NCBI RefSeq assembly: GCF_035285525.1
Contig: NZ_JAYKGW010000012.1
Location: 1-32,000 of the forward strand
Direction of reading: 5' to 3'
Source of the DNA: Okeania sp.
GTDB taxonomy: Bacteria; Cyanobacteriota; Cyanobacteriia; Cyanobacteriales; Microcoleaceae
Length of the DNA: 32,000 nucleotides
Shown here: piece by piece, positions 20,568-28,717 of the stretch
Layout: every line of letters begins with the position of its first letter
How positions within the stretch are numbered: position 1 is the stretch's first letter
Translations under genes and position numbers: made by a program
The notes under the pieces: model-generated
What the model was told of the DNA's origin: nothing
Database searches by the model: none
The model's input: the letters and a program-made list of their open reading frames with translations, nothing else

Positions 20568-20896
20568 AATTAAAAAGGACTGATGCAAAGAAACCCGGTT
20601 TCTAGGATAAATCGTTGTTTTGAGCAATAGATGTCTACGCTAGTACCGGGTTTCTGGGTTCACATGGCTTTAGTCCTGATTAAAAATGACTTACCCATAA
20701 ACGCTATTAGTAGTGGAGTGTTTCATCTAAAATGGTGCAATAGTAGGGGCGGGTTTTAGCAATAATTTTGATACTTACAGGATTTACGCAAAATATCAGG
20801 TCAGACACCATCTGTAGGGGCGAACGGCCGTTCGCCCCTACTTCTTTCTTACCTTCTTTATATAATACTGGTGCCACCGGACATGATATCAGGATT

Positions 20897-21068
20897 TGTA
20901 GGAGCGGGTTACGGTTCCCGAAAAATCACAACGAAAGTTAACGAGTTTTCACGGACTGAGTCAGATAAACCCGCCCCATAATATAAGTCGCCGTCTCAGG
21001 GGCGGGTTTATGTAAATCCTAGAGTAAGCATGAAAATTTCCTGAGAAACCCGCCCCTACCCCATGCAC
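20897..21068. repeat. ~170-bp dispersed repeat, copy B
   Basis: Same orientation as 12801-12970 and near-identical to it. It overlaps the artefactual ORF 20961..21176. Confidence 0.85.
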
Positions 21069-21274
21069 TATTTTAGATGAAACAATCCAGTAGGGTGTGT
21101 TAGCGTACTTCCTAACGCACCGAAACTCTATATTACAGCGCTTTTCACTTTTTATGAACCACATCGCCATAAACAAAACCTTGTAGAGACGTTGTATGCA
21201 ATGTCCCTACTGTAGCAATGTTCCTACTGTAGTTTACCAAAATGAAAATCGCTGTAAGTCTGGGTAAGTTAATT

Positions 21275-24076
21275 TCAGTGCCAGTTACTAACCGTCAATA
21301 ACTTATCTGCATATAACTTAACAGTTGCAGGACAAAACATCAAATGATGGTCACAATTTTCAGGGGATTTATCAACAAAATCCAGTTTTAAAATACCTGT
21401 ATTTAAGTCTAAAGTTTCTTCTGTGAAATCTCGATAAGTGATTTGATATTCCTGACAGAATCCTTTTAAAATTTCGTTAAATTTTAAGCTTCTTTTTGTT
21501 CTTTCAACTATTGGTGGTAAAACGTTAGTTAGTTGGGCAACAATTTGATTAATTATTGTATCTATTGATTTTGAATTATTTGGATTTATGATTCTATCAG
21601 TAATTATATTGACAACATTCTTGACTGCATTACGATGTACAAAAATGGAAGGTAAATTAGCTCCAAAAACCACGAGTTTTTCTATTTCAACTTCAAGAGA
21701 GGTTAAAAAATCAAAATAAATAGAAGCAATGTTTTGTGCAAAATCTTCAAATTTAACATTTTCTCCCTTCATTATTAATTTGTAATAATATCCATACTCA
21801 ATATCAACTTGCCCCAATTTGAAAATAAATTTATCAAAGGATTTAGATTCAACAATATGCCTAACTAAATTAGAAGTATTGAGAGTAGATTCCCGTTTGC
21901 CAAAACCGGCAACTGAAGCGGCTGGAATCGAATAGACAACTACATCTAAATTTTCATATTTTTGTATAAACAAACCAGAATGAGAACTACCAAGTATAAT
22001 GTATTTTTTATCTGATTTACTAGGATTATCGTTAATGCCTTTCCATAATTTGGTTAGATTAAATCTTTGATAATTTTTAGTATGTAATTCCCAATAGCTA
22101 TTCAAAGCTTCCCTAAGTCGATTTTGTTTGCTGAGAAATTGAGCGTATCCTGGCGATCGCTCAATTGATGGTTTAAGAGTAATGGCTTTTTTATAATAAA
22201 TTTCAGCTTCAGATAAATTACCTTTACTTTCAACAATTAAATTAGCCAAAGTAGAATATAAATTAGGATGAATATTGATAGATATTGACTCTTTTAACAG
22301 CACTATAGCCTCTTCAACTTTTCCTATTCTAGACAACAAACCTGCTAAACCAGTGTAAGCTCCCACTAATTTTGGGTTAAGAGCGATCGCTTGACGGTAT
22401 ATTTTCTCTGCTTCCTCGAATTGATAATTTGCTACCAAAGCACCAGCTAAAGTCAGATAAAAGTTATGTGACTGGGGATTTAATTTAATAGCTTGACGAT
22501 AAGCAGTAATAGCTTCTGGCAATAGAGTCCAACTTTTACTTTTTAGGGCATTTCCTAAATGCAAATAACTAGAAGCGGCTTGAGGATGAGACTGTATTAC
22601 CTGTTGAAATAGAGAAAGATGAGAAGTCAAAACTGTTTCAGCCAATTCTAATTTTCCTAACTGAGTTAGTGTTTTAGCTAACTGGAGATAAGCAGGTTTA
22701 TGTTGGGGGAATCTTTCAATTATTTCTTGCCAAGTATTAGCTGCGTTTTCCCAATCCTGAATAGTAGTTAAAATACGAGCCAAACCATCTTTAGCCTGAA
22801 GTTTATAGGGGAATTTTATAGCTAATTGATTAAAAATAATTTCAGCTTCTGCGCATCTTCCTAAATTTAGTAAAACATTCCCTTTTTGTACATAGAAATT
22901 AAAGTAATGAGGCAAATTATTAATCGCATTTGACCAACGTTCTAAAGCTAAATTCCAATCTGCTAAATTATGAGTTAATCTGGCATAACCTTCATAACCA
23001 TGATGTTGATTAGGAAACTTTTCTATTAATCTTTTAAAAATATCTTCTGCTTCATCAAACCGAGATAAATTTATCAACACATTTCCTTTTTGAACTTGGA
23101 AATTGATATTTTCGGGAAACTTTTCTATAGCATTTGACCAACGTTCTAAAGCTAAATTCCAATCTGCTAAATTATGATTTAATCTGGCATAACCTTCATA
23201 ACCATGAGGTTGATTAGGAAACTTTTCTATTAATCTTTTAAAAATATCTTCTGCTTCATCAAACCGAGATAAATTTATCAACGCATTTCCTTTTTGAACT
23301 TGGAAATTGATATTTTCGGGAAACTTTTCTATCGCATTTGACCAACGTTCTAAAGCTAAATTCCAATTTGCTAAACTATGAGTTAATCTGGCATAACCAT
23401 GATAACCATCTGGTAATTTGGGATAAACTTTTATTAATTCTTGAAATACCCTTTCTGCTTCCTGAAATCTACTTAAAGTAATTAAATTATTCCCACAATT
23501 TCGATAAATAGGCATCGGTTGCTGAGGATTGAGAATTAATGCTTGTTGGTAAAACTCAACAGCTTCCCTTATTTTTCCTTCCTTATTTAACTTATCCCCT
23601 TTCTGCACACAATTTTTAGCAATATCTGTTTGCAACCAAGAGATTTTTTGAGTTGCCTTCAAGTGATTTGAATTAAAAGAAAGTATTTTTTGCCAAGTTG
23701 TTAATGCCAGTCCAAAATTCGATTTAGCTTCATAAACTAAAGCTAAAGTTTGATGATAAATTGCCGAATTTGGTTGTAGAGAAATAGCCTTTTGTGAAGA
23801 ATTAATCGCCTTATCTAATTTTCCTTCCTTGATTAATGCTTCAGCTAAACTATTGTGGAAGTTAGCAGAATTAGGATTAAATTTAATCGCCTGTCGATAT
23901 TGGGCAATGGCATCAGACCATTTTTCTTCTTGGAAAAACAGTTTACCCAAGTAATAGTAATTCCAAGAAAAATTGGGATTTAATTCGATAATTTTCTCGT
24001 ATTCTCGGCGAGAATCATCCAATTTACCTGCGTGAAATAATTGGTTAGCAATTTTGAGAGAGTTAGTGATTGTCAT
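21275..24076 (-). CDS. TPR repeat protein with an uncharacterised ~270-aa C-terminal domain
   Basis: 933-aa ORF. Residues 1 to ~660 are consecutive 34-aa TPR motifs (..AIxxYxxAIxLNP..). The C-terminal part (from ~NYQRFNLTKLW..YIILGSSHSGLF..VVFGANLPS..CDHHLMF..) is not TPR-like. Confidence 0.85.
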   Translation of the reverse strand: MTITNSLKIANQLFHAGKLDDSRREYEKIIELNPNFSWNYYYLGKLFFQEEKWSDAIAQYRQAIKFNPNSANFHNSLAEALIKEGKLDKAINSSQKAISLQPNSAIYHQTLALVYEAKSNFGLALTTWQKILSFNSNHLKATQKISWLQTDIAKNCVQKGDKLNKEGKIREAVEFYQQALILNPQQPMPIYRNCGNNLITLSRFQEAERVFQELIKVYPKLPDGYHGYARLTHSLANWNLALERWSNAIEKFPENINFQVQKGNALINLSRFDEAEDIFKRLIEKFPNQPHGYEGYARLNHNLADWNLALERWSNAIEKFPENINFQVQKGNVLINLSRFDEAEDIFKRLIEKFPNQHHGYEGYARLTHNLADWNLALERWSNAINNLPHYFNFYVQKGNVLLNLGRCAEAEIIFNQLAIKFPYKLQAKDGLARILTTIQDWENAANTWQEIIERFPQHKPAYLQLAKTLTQLGKLELAETVLTSHLSLFQQVIQSHPQAASSYLHLGNALKSKSWTLLPEAITAYRQAIKLNPQSHNFYLTLAGALVANYQFEEAEKIYRQAIALNPKLVGAYTGLAGLLSRIGKVEEAIVLLKESISINIHPNLYSTLANLIVESKGNLSEAEIYYKKAITLKPSIERSPGYAQFLSKQNRLREALNSYWELHTKNYQRFNLTKLWKGINDNPSKSDKKYIILGSSHSGLFIQKYENLDVVVYSIPAASVAGFGKRESTLNTSNLVRHIVESKSFDKFIFKLGQVDIEYGYYYKLIMKGENVKFEDFAQNIASIYFDFLTSLEVEIEKLVVFGANLPSIFVHRNAVKNVVNIITDRIINPNNSKSIDTIINQIVAQLTNVLPPIVERTKRSLKFNEILKGFCQEYQITYRDFTEETLDLNTGILKLDFVDKSPENCDHHLMFCPATVKLYADKLLTVSNWH
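22926..23400. repeat. 204-bp in-frame tandem repeat (about 2.3 near-identical copies) inside the TPR gene
   Basis: GCATTTGACCAACGTTCTAAAGCTAAATTCCAAT.TGCTAAA.TATGA recurs at 22926, 23130 and 23334, an exact 204-bp period equal to 68 aa or two TPRs. The protein shows FPENINFQVQKGN.LINLSRFDEAEDIFKRLIEKFPNQ.HGYEGYARL.HNLADWNLALERWSNAIEK twice almost verbatim, flanked by more diverged copies. Confidence 0.9.
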
Positions 24077-24431
24077 ATTAAATAGAAAAGTTTAATAACA
24101 GACTGCATACCCATATAATCCGATTCTATGTTACTAGGTAACAAGCACCTTTGAATCTTTATTTAACTACCAAAGCAATTTTATCTATTAAATAATTTTA
24201 GAAAAAATGGTGCAATAGCTTATTACTTATTATGAAAAACTTTTATCCTCAAGACCTAATTATTCTTCTCAACTTTTTCTACCTTCTCACACTTCCCACC
24301 CTCCCCACACTCTCCACCCTCCTCACCCTTCCCACACTCTCAATTTATTTTCCTAAATAAATAGCTATACAGCATGACCCATTGGCATTACAATTACATT
24401 AATTGATTTTTAAGAATGGAGGAATGTTTGG

Positions 24432-24737
24432 ATGCCAGAAGCAGTAGGTGTCATAGAAACTATTGGTTTTCCAGGAATCTTAGCTGCTGCAGATGCGATG
24501 GTCAAAGGTGCCAGAGTTACCTTAGTTTACTTTGACAAAGCCGAAAGAGGCCACTTTGTAGTTGCAGTCCGGGGGCCAACTTCTGAAGTTTATCCTTCAG
24601 TCCAAGCTGGTATTGAGGCAGTCGAAAAAGTCTATGGAGGTATATTGGAAAGTCATTATATTGTTCCTAATCCTCCAGAAAATGTAGAGTCTGTATTACC
24701 ACTGGAATATACAGAAGTGACCGAACAGTTTAGATAA
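24432..24737 (+). CDS. ccmK3: Carboxysome shell protein CcmK3 (BMC-H domain)
   Basis: 101 aa with AVGVIETIGFPGILAAADAMVKGARVTLVYFDKAERGHFVVAVRGPTSEV..HYIVPNPPENV..LPLEYTE. From memory, this matches Synechocystis CcmK3 (slr1838). It is paired with a CcmK4-type gene, as in the known satellite locus. Confidence 0.85.
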   Translation: MPEAVGVIETIGFPGILAAADAMVKGARVTLVYFDKAERGHFVVAVRGPTSEVYPSVQAGIEAVEKVYGGILESHYIVPNPPENVESVLPLEYTEVTEQFR

Positions 24738-24980
24738 TTTTTGTCTGAAATTATATTATTTTTTTACTTAAAAATAATTGTATTTATCGCAAAAATCTAA
24801 ACTTTTTACAATTAATAATTAGCAATTAGCATTTAGCATTTAGCATTCAGCAATGAAATTTTATAAGGGGATTTTAACTCCTCCTAAACCTTCTGCTTTA
24901 GTTTATAGAAACAGGGTATTTAAACCCAATTCAAAAAGTTGATAGCTGTTGGGAAAGTATTCCGGAATGGAAATACTAAA

Positions 24981-25022
24981 AGCTGATAACTGATAGCTGA
25001 TAGCTGATAGCTAATAGCTGAC
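24981..25022. repeat. Tandem heptamer array (TAGCTGA-type) in the ccmK3-ccmK4 spacer
   Basis: agctgataactgatagctgatagctgatagctaatagctgac. A second array (TTAGCAT-type, ~24819-24852) is in the same spacer. Confidence 0.9.
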
Positions 25023-25054
25023 AAATTCTTAACTTAAATTTAGGAGAAATAATA

Positions 25055-25408
25055 ATGGCGCAACAAGCGGTTGGAGCATTAGAAACTAAAGGTTTTCCTG
25101 GTATTGTAGCTGCTGCCGATGCAATGGTAAAAGCTGGTCGAGTTACTTTAGTTGGTTATATTAGGGTTGGTAGTGCTAGATTTACTGTGCAAATTCGAGG
25201 TGATGTTTCGGAAGTAAAAACTGCTATGGATGCAGGAATTGCAGCAGTAGAAAAAGTTTATGGTGGTACTTTAGAATCTTGGGTAATTATTCCTCGTCCT
25301 CACGAAAATATTGTGGCAGTTTTACCAATAGATTTTAATGAAAAAGTGGAACCTTTCCGCCAAAAAGTAGAAGGAATAACTGTACCAGGATTGCCTGGTG
25401 GTAGATAA
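25055..25408 (+). CDS. ccmK4: Carboxysome shell protein CcmK4 (BMC-H domain)
   Basis: 117 aa with AVGALETKGFPGIVAAADAMVKAGRVTLVGYIRVGSARFTVQIRGDVSEVKTAMDAG..WVIIPRPHENIVAVLPIDF..VEPFR. This is CcmK4-type (slr1839-like, from memory). A GGAG sequence lies 8 nt upstream of the ATG. Confidence 0.85.
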   Translation: MAQQAVGALETKGFPGIVAAADAMVKAGRVTLVGYIRVGSARFTVQIRGDVSEVKTAMDAGIAAVEKVYGGTLESWVIIPRPHENIVAVLPIDFNEKVEPFRQKVEGITVPGLPGGR

Positions 25409-25626
25409 GTTTTGATTCTGTTAAATATCTACTAATTCTGTTAGAAACCCTCAACATTACTATTGTATTGTTAACAATTCTCTCACTATAATTTGAGTAA
25501 TTGTTAACAATAATACTCTGTGGACGGTTAATATAAATATCAATTACTTTAGAGGTTTGATTTCCCAAACCTAGTGATAAGTCGTTGCTAATATCTATTT
25601 CCCACAAAGTCGGTTTCTCATAACAT

Positions 25627-26317
25627 TTATTCCGAGAAATATTCAAAAGTAAGTTCTTTTGTACAAAGTCTAGATTTCACCTCTTCATCGTGAAAAATTC
25701 CGATTAAACCACAACCATTAGCTTTACATTTTTCTAGTAGTTCAATTACTATTTGACTATTCACAGAATCTAAAGCTGAAGTTGGTTCATCTAACTAATA
25801 AAATTGGATAATTAACTACCAACGCTCTAGCTAAATTAACCCTTTGTTTCTCTCCTCCAGAAAAAGTAGTTGGAGAAAGATGTCAAAGACGTTTTGGTAA
25901 ATTCAATATTTCAAATAATTCTACTACTTTTTGATAGGCTATTTCTGGTTTTATTCCTAATTCTAATAAAGGTTCTGCTGCTACTTCTAAAGCGGGTACA
26001 CGAGGAATTACTCGTAAAAATTGACTGACATAACCAATAGTAGTTTTGCGTACTTCTAAAATTTCATGGGGTGCTAATTTAGGAAGGTCAACCCAACTAG
26101 ATTTGTGCTTGATAAAAACTGAACCTTTATCAACTCGATAGTTACCATAAAGACAACGTATACATGTAGATTTTCCTGAACCAGATTTTCCAGATAAAGC
26201 AATACATTCTCCTGCTTTTAAGTTAAGAAAAATATTTTTCAAAACTGATAATTTGACTCCACCTTGATTCTGTAAAGTAAAGCTTTTTTCAATAGATTCT
26301 GCTTTTAATATATTCAT
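25627..26317 (-). pseudogene. phnL: Phosphonate C-P lyase system ATPase PhnL, inactivated
   Basis: ORF 25883..26317 encodes the N-terminal 144 aa (GECIALSGKSGSGKST, WVDL, RKTTIGYVSQFLRVIPRVPALEV, ..LNLPKRL). A TGA then replaces the Trp of the conserved P-E-R-L-W. The same frame continues [29 protein letters not shown]. After a 1-nt insertion it reads [39 protein letters not shown].. to a TAA near 25627. Confidence 0.8.
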
Positions 26318-26431
26318 AATGAAGGAAGAAGAAATAAGGAAGAAGGAAGAAGTTGTTAGAGTTGGAAAAACCTTACAGAAGGTAAATATTTCCCCAACTT
26401 TTTACACGCTCCGATATCAGCGGACATGATA
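26318..26431. repeat. Inverted, diverged copy of the 4518-4814 repeat, inserted between the phnL and phnK remnants
   Basis: GAAGGAAGAAGAAATAAGGAAGAAGGAAGAAG..AAAAACCTTAC..AACTTTTTACACGCTCCGATATCAGCGGACATGATAT is the reverse complement of ATATCATGTCCGTTGGTATCGGAGCCTGTAAAAGTT..GTAAGGTTTTT..CCTTCTTCC, with scattered mismatches. Confidence 0.65.
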
Positions 26432-26449
26432 TTACTTCTTACTTTTGAC

Positions 26450-27181
26450 TTATACTTTTGCACTAACTAACTGTTGAGTATAAGAATTTTGAGGATCGTC
26501 TAATACTTGATCGGTTAATCCAGACTCAACAATTTTTCCATTTTTCATCACTAATAAACGATGAGCAAGTAATCTAACTATCCCTAAATCATGGGTAACT
26601 AAAATTACACTTAAATGTAAATTTCGTACTAAAGAACGAATTAAATCTAATAAACGAGCTTCTACTGAAACATCTAAACCTCCCGTAGGTTCATCCATTA
26701 ATATTAATCGGGGTTTTGTAACTAAAACACGAACTAATTGCCATCTTTGCTGCATCCCTCCAGAAAACATTTTTGGCAAATCATCTATTCGGTTAATATC
26801 TATTTCTACTTGGTTTAACCAATAAGTAGCTTCTTCCCGAATTTTTCCATAATTTCTAACTCCTATATCCATTAAACGTTCGTTAATATTTGCTCCAGCA
26901 GTTACATTCATTCTTAATCCATCGCGAGGGTTTTGTTGAACAAATTCCCATTCAGTTCGTCTTAATAAACGACAACGAGTTTCTGATAGTTTTGGCACGG
27001 TTAATATCTCTCCATTAGAAGTAGCATAAGTGATATTTCCTTCATCAATAGAAATGTATCTACCAATGACATTTAAAAGAGTAGATTTACCGGAACCAGA
27101 TTCTTCGGAGTCCGGAGTGGGGGAGTAGCTAGAGACCTTTTGCTGCCCAAGATGAAACGCATTTTTGCCGATGCAACTTCC
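26450..27181 (-). pseudogene. phnK: Phosphonate C-P lyase system ATPase PhnK, 5'-truncated and corrupted
   Basis: ORF 26450..26998 carries LLRRTEWEFVQQNPRDGLRMNVTAGANINERLM, NRIDDLPKMFSGGMQQR, LILMDEPTGGLDVSVEARLLDLIR, ILVTHDLGIVRLLAHRLLVMKNGKIVESGLTDQVLDDPQNSYTQQLV. This is collinear with E. coli PhnK as I remember it. The frame stays open upstream to a TAG at ~27182 (GSCIGKNAFHLGQQKVSSYSPTPDSEESGSGKSTLLNVIG..) without any ATG/GTG/TTG. About 15 N-terminal codons are missing, and the segment before Walker A is replaced by a TACTCCCC-like repeat. Confidence 0.8.
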
Positions 27182-27615
27182 CTATAGATAAGAGTCAAGT
27201 TTTATCTATAAGAAATATACCTATAAAACATAGCTATTTTCTAGTTGATTATTCATAAAATGAGGAAGTAGGATTTAACAATTAATAATTAATAATTAGG
27301 GTTTACTGAAAAAGTCTGAATAATTAATAATTATCCATTATCCATTATTGAAAGCACCTACAGTCTTGAATAGAAAGTTTCTAACTTTTAGATAGTTGAA
27401 AGCCTTAGCTAGCAATAGTTATTCCTATAACTTTGCACTGTCGAGTATTAGACATCTTTAATATTATCCATAAACTATCAATTCTTTCTTCCTGTTCCCT
27501 CCATACCTGTTCCCTCTCTCAACTAGGAAATTTATTTCCCATGATTATATTGACTTTTTATCACTTTTCTGGTAACCGTTAAAAGTTAGCAAAATTATTG
27601 ATTATAGGTAAACTA

Positions 27616-28029
27616 ATGAGCGATCGCGAGATACCAAAAATTGATAAAAAGGGTCTCAGGGAATTTGGACTAATAGTTGGCAGTGTTTTTGGCGGTTTGT
27701 TTGGTCTCTTACTACCGTTACTGCACAGGCATTGGCCACCACCCTCATGGCCTTGGATAATTGCTATTCCTCTATTAGTATTAGCAATTATTTCGCCCCC
27801 TACTTTGGAACCTATTTATCGGTTTTGGATGCGGGTAGGAATTTTTATGAGTAAAATAATGACTCCTTTATGGATGGGGGTGGTATTTTATCTTGTAGTC
27901 ATGCCAATGGGTTTGATTATGCGAATGTTTAAAAAAGACCCAATGGAGCGACAATTAAATCCTGAAACATCAACTTACAGGGTAATTAGTCAATTAAAAA
28001 CTAGAGAAAGTATGGAGCGACCTTTTTAA
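27616..28029 (+). CDS. SxtJ family-like membrane protein
   Basis: The track ORF starts at TTG 27598; the ATG at 27616 (MSDREIPKIDKKGLREFGL..) is preferred. It has three hydrophobic helices. The motif ..LEPIYRFWMRVGIFMSKIMTPLWMGVVFYLVVMPMGLIMRMFKKDPMERQL..STY.. matches my memory of the SxtJ family consensus (..L.P.Y..WM....G.....I.L...FY.V.TP.GL.MR..GKDP..R..). Confidence 0.7.
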   Translation: MSDREIPKIDKKGLREFGLIVGSVFGGLFGLLLPLLHRHWPPPSWPWIIAIPLLVLAIISPPTLEPIYRFWMRVGIFMSKIMTPLWMGVVFYLVVMPMGLIMRMFKKDPMERQLNPETSTYRVISQLKTRESMERPF

Positions 28030-28194
28030 ATGTTTGAAGGAATATTAGATTTTCTCAAAGACCTTTGGGGTTTTATGGGAGAAAGAAAAAAATATTGGTT
28101 ATTGCCTTTAGTTATTACTTTGGTTTTGTTAGGCGCTTTGATTATTTTAAGTCAATCTTCTGTCATTGCACCGTTCATTTATACTTTGTTTTAA
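28030..28194 (+). CDS. DUF5989 (SxtK-like) small membrane protein, 54 aa, not in the ORF track
   Basis: The ATG begins on the base after the TAA of the preceding gene (tTAAATG). Hand translation gives MFEGILDFLKDLWGFMGERKKYWLLPLVITLVLLGALIILSQSSVIAPFIYTLF*. The amphipathic N-terminus, ERKKYWL motif and single TM helix are characteristic of the DUF5989/SxtK family as I recall it. Confidence 0.65.
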   Translation: MFEGILDFLKDLWGFMGERKKYWLLPLVITLVLLGALIILSQSSVIAPFIYTLF

Positions 28195-28717
28195 TCTAAC
28201 TATTTTAGCAGAAGCAAGGAAGAGATTTTTTGTTGAATCTTATTGTAATTCTTGATAGTTATTTTAGGCATAAATAAACATTTCAAAAATCGGCATTTAA
28301 CCGTCAACTATTAGCTAGTTTTCTGCGGAGGAGTTGTGCTTTTTCTTATAGCAAATATGTCGGCGACAGCCGAAAATAGCTATTGGTTTTAGTTGGCGCT
28401 CAAAGCTTTTTTATTTGAGAACTCAAATTACTACAAAAGCGATTTTTTATGTGTATATTCGTTTAAATATTCTCCTGAAGCTAAAGGGCAATAAAAATGA
28501 ATAAAGCAAGCTTTCTTTTAAGTTATACTATATTTCTTGGTCGATTGGATATGCCGTTTAGCTAACGCAATAGATGGAGAGGCTTTATACCTTAATTTTT
28601 CGGTAAAATTTTATTGTAGGAGGCTTGGTCTCGAAACCTAAACAAAAATGGGATTTGGAGACTAAACCCCTATAGCTTTATCTACTTAAAATTACAAAAA
28701 AAATTCTAACTGAAAGA

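Noticed and set aside
24958-24967. TCCGGA (DIF-like heterocyst promoter motif) ~90 nt upstream of ccmK4
   Set aside because: A 6-mer is expected by chance in 32 kb and also occurs at ~27110. A heterocyst-specific promoter in front of a carboxysome gene is biologically implausible, and there is no supporting -10 spacing evidence.
25335-25646. Minus-strand ORF of 103 aa overlapping the 3' end of ccmK4
   Set aside because: It starts at TTG, overlaps an intact conserved gene and has a low-complexity Asn/Ile/Ser-rich sequence. Its position after phnL made me consider a phnM N-terminal remnant (..WEIDISNDLSLGLGN..VIDIY..), but the match is too weak to claim.
27182-27597. Search for a carbamoyltransferase remnant upstream of the SxtJ-like gene
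   Set aside because: All six frames are densely interrupted by stops, and the DNA is AT-rich repeat-like spacer (ATTATCC heptamers, GTTCCCT motifs). No coding remnant was detectable by eye.
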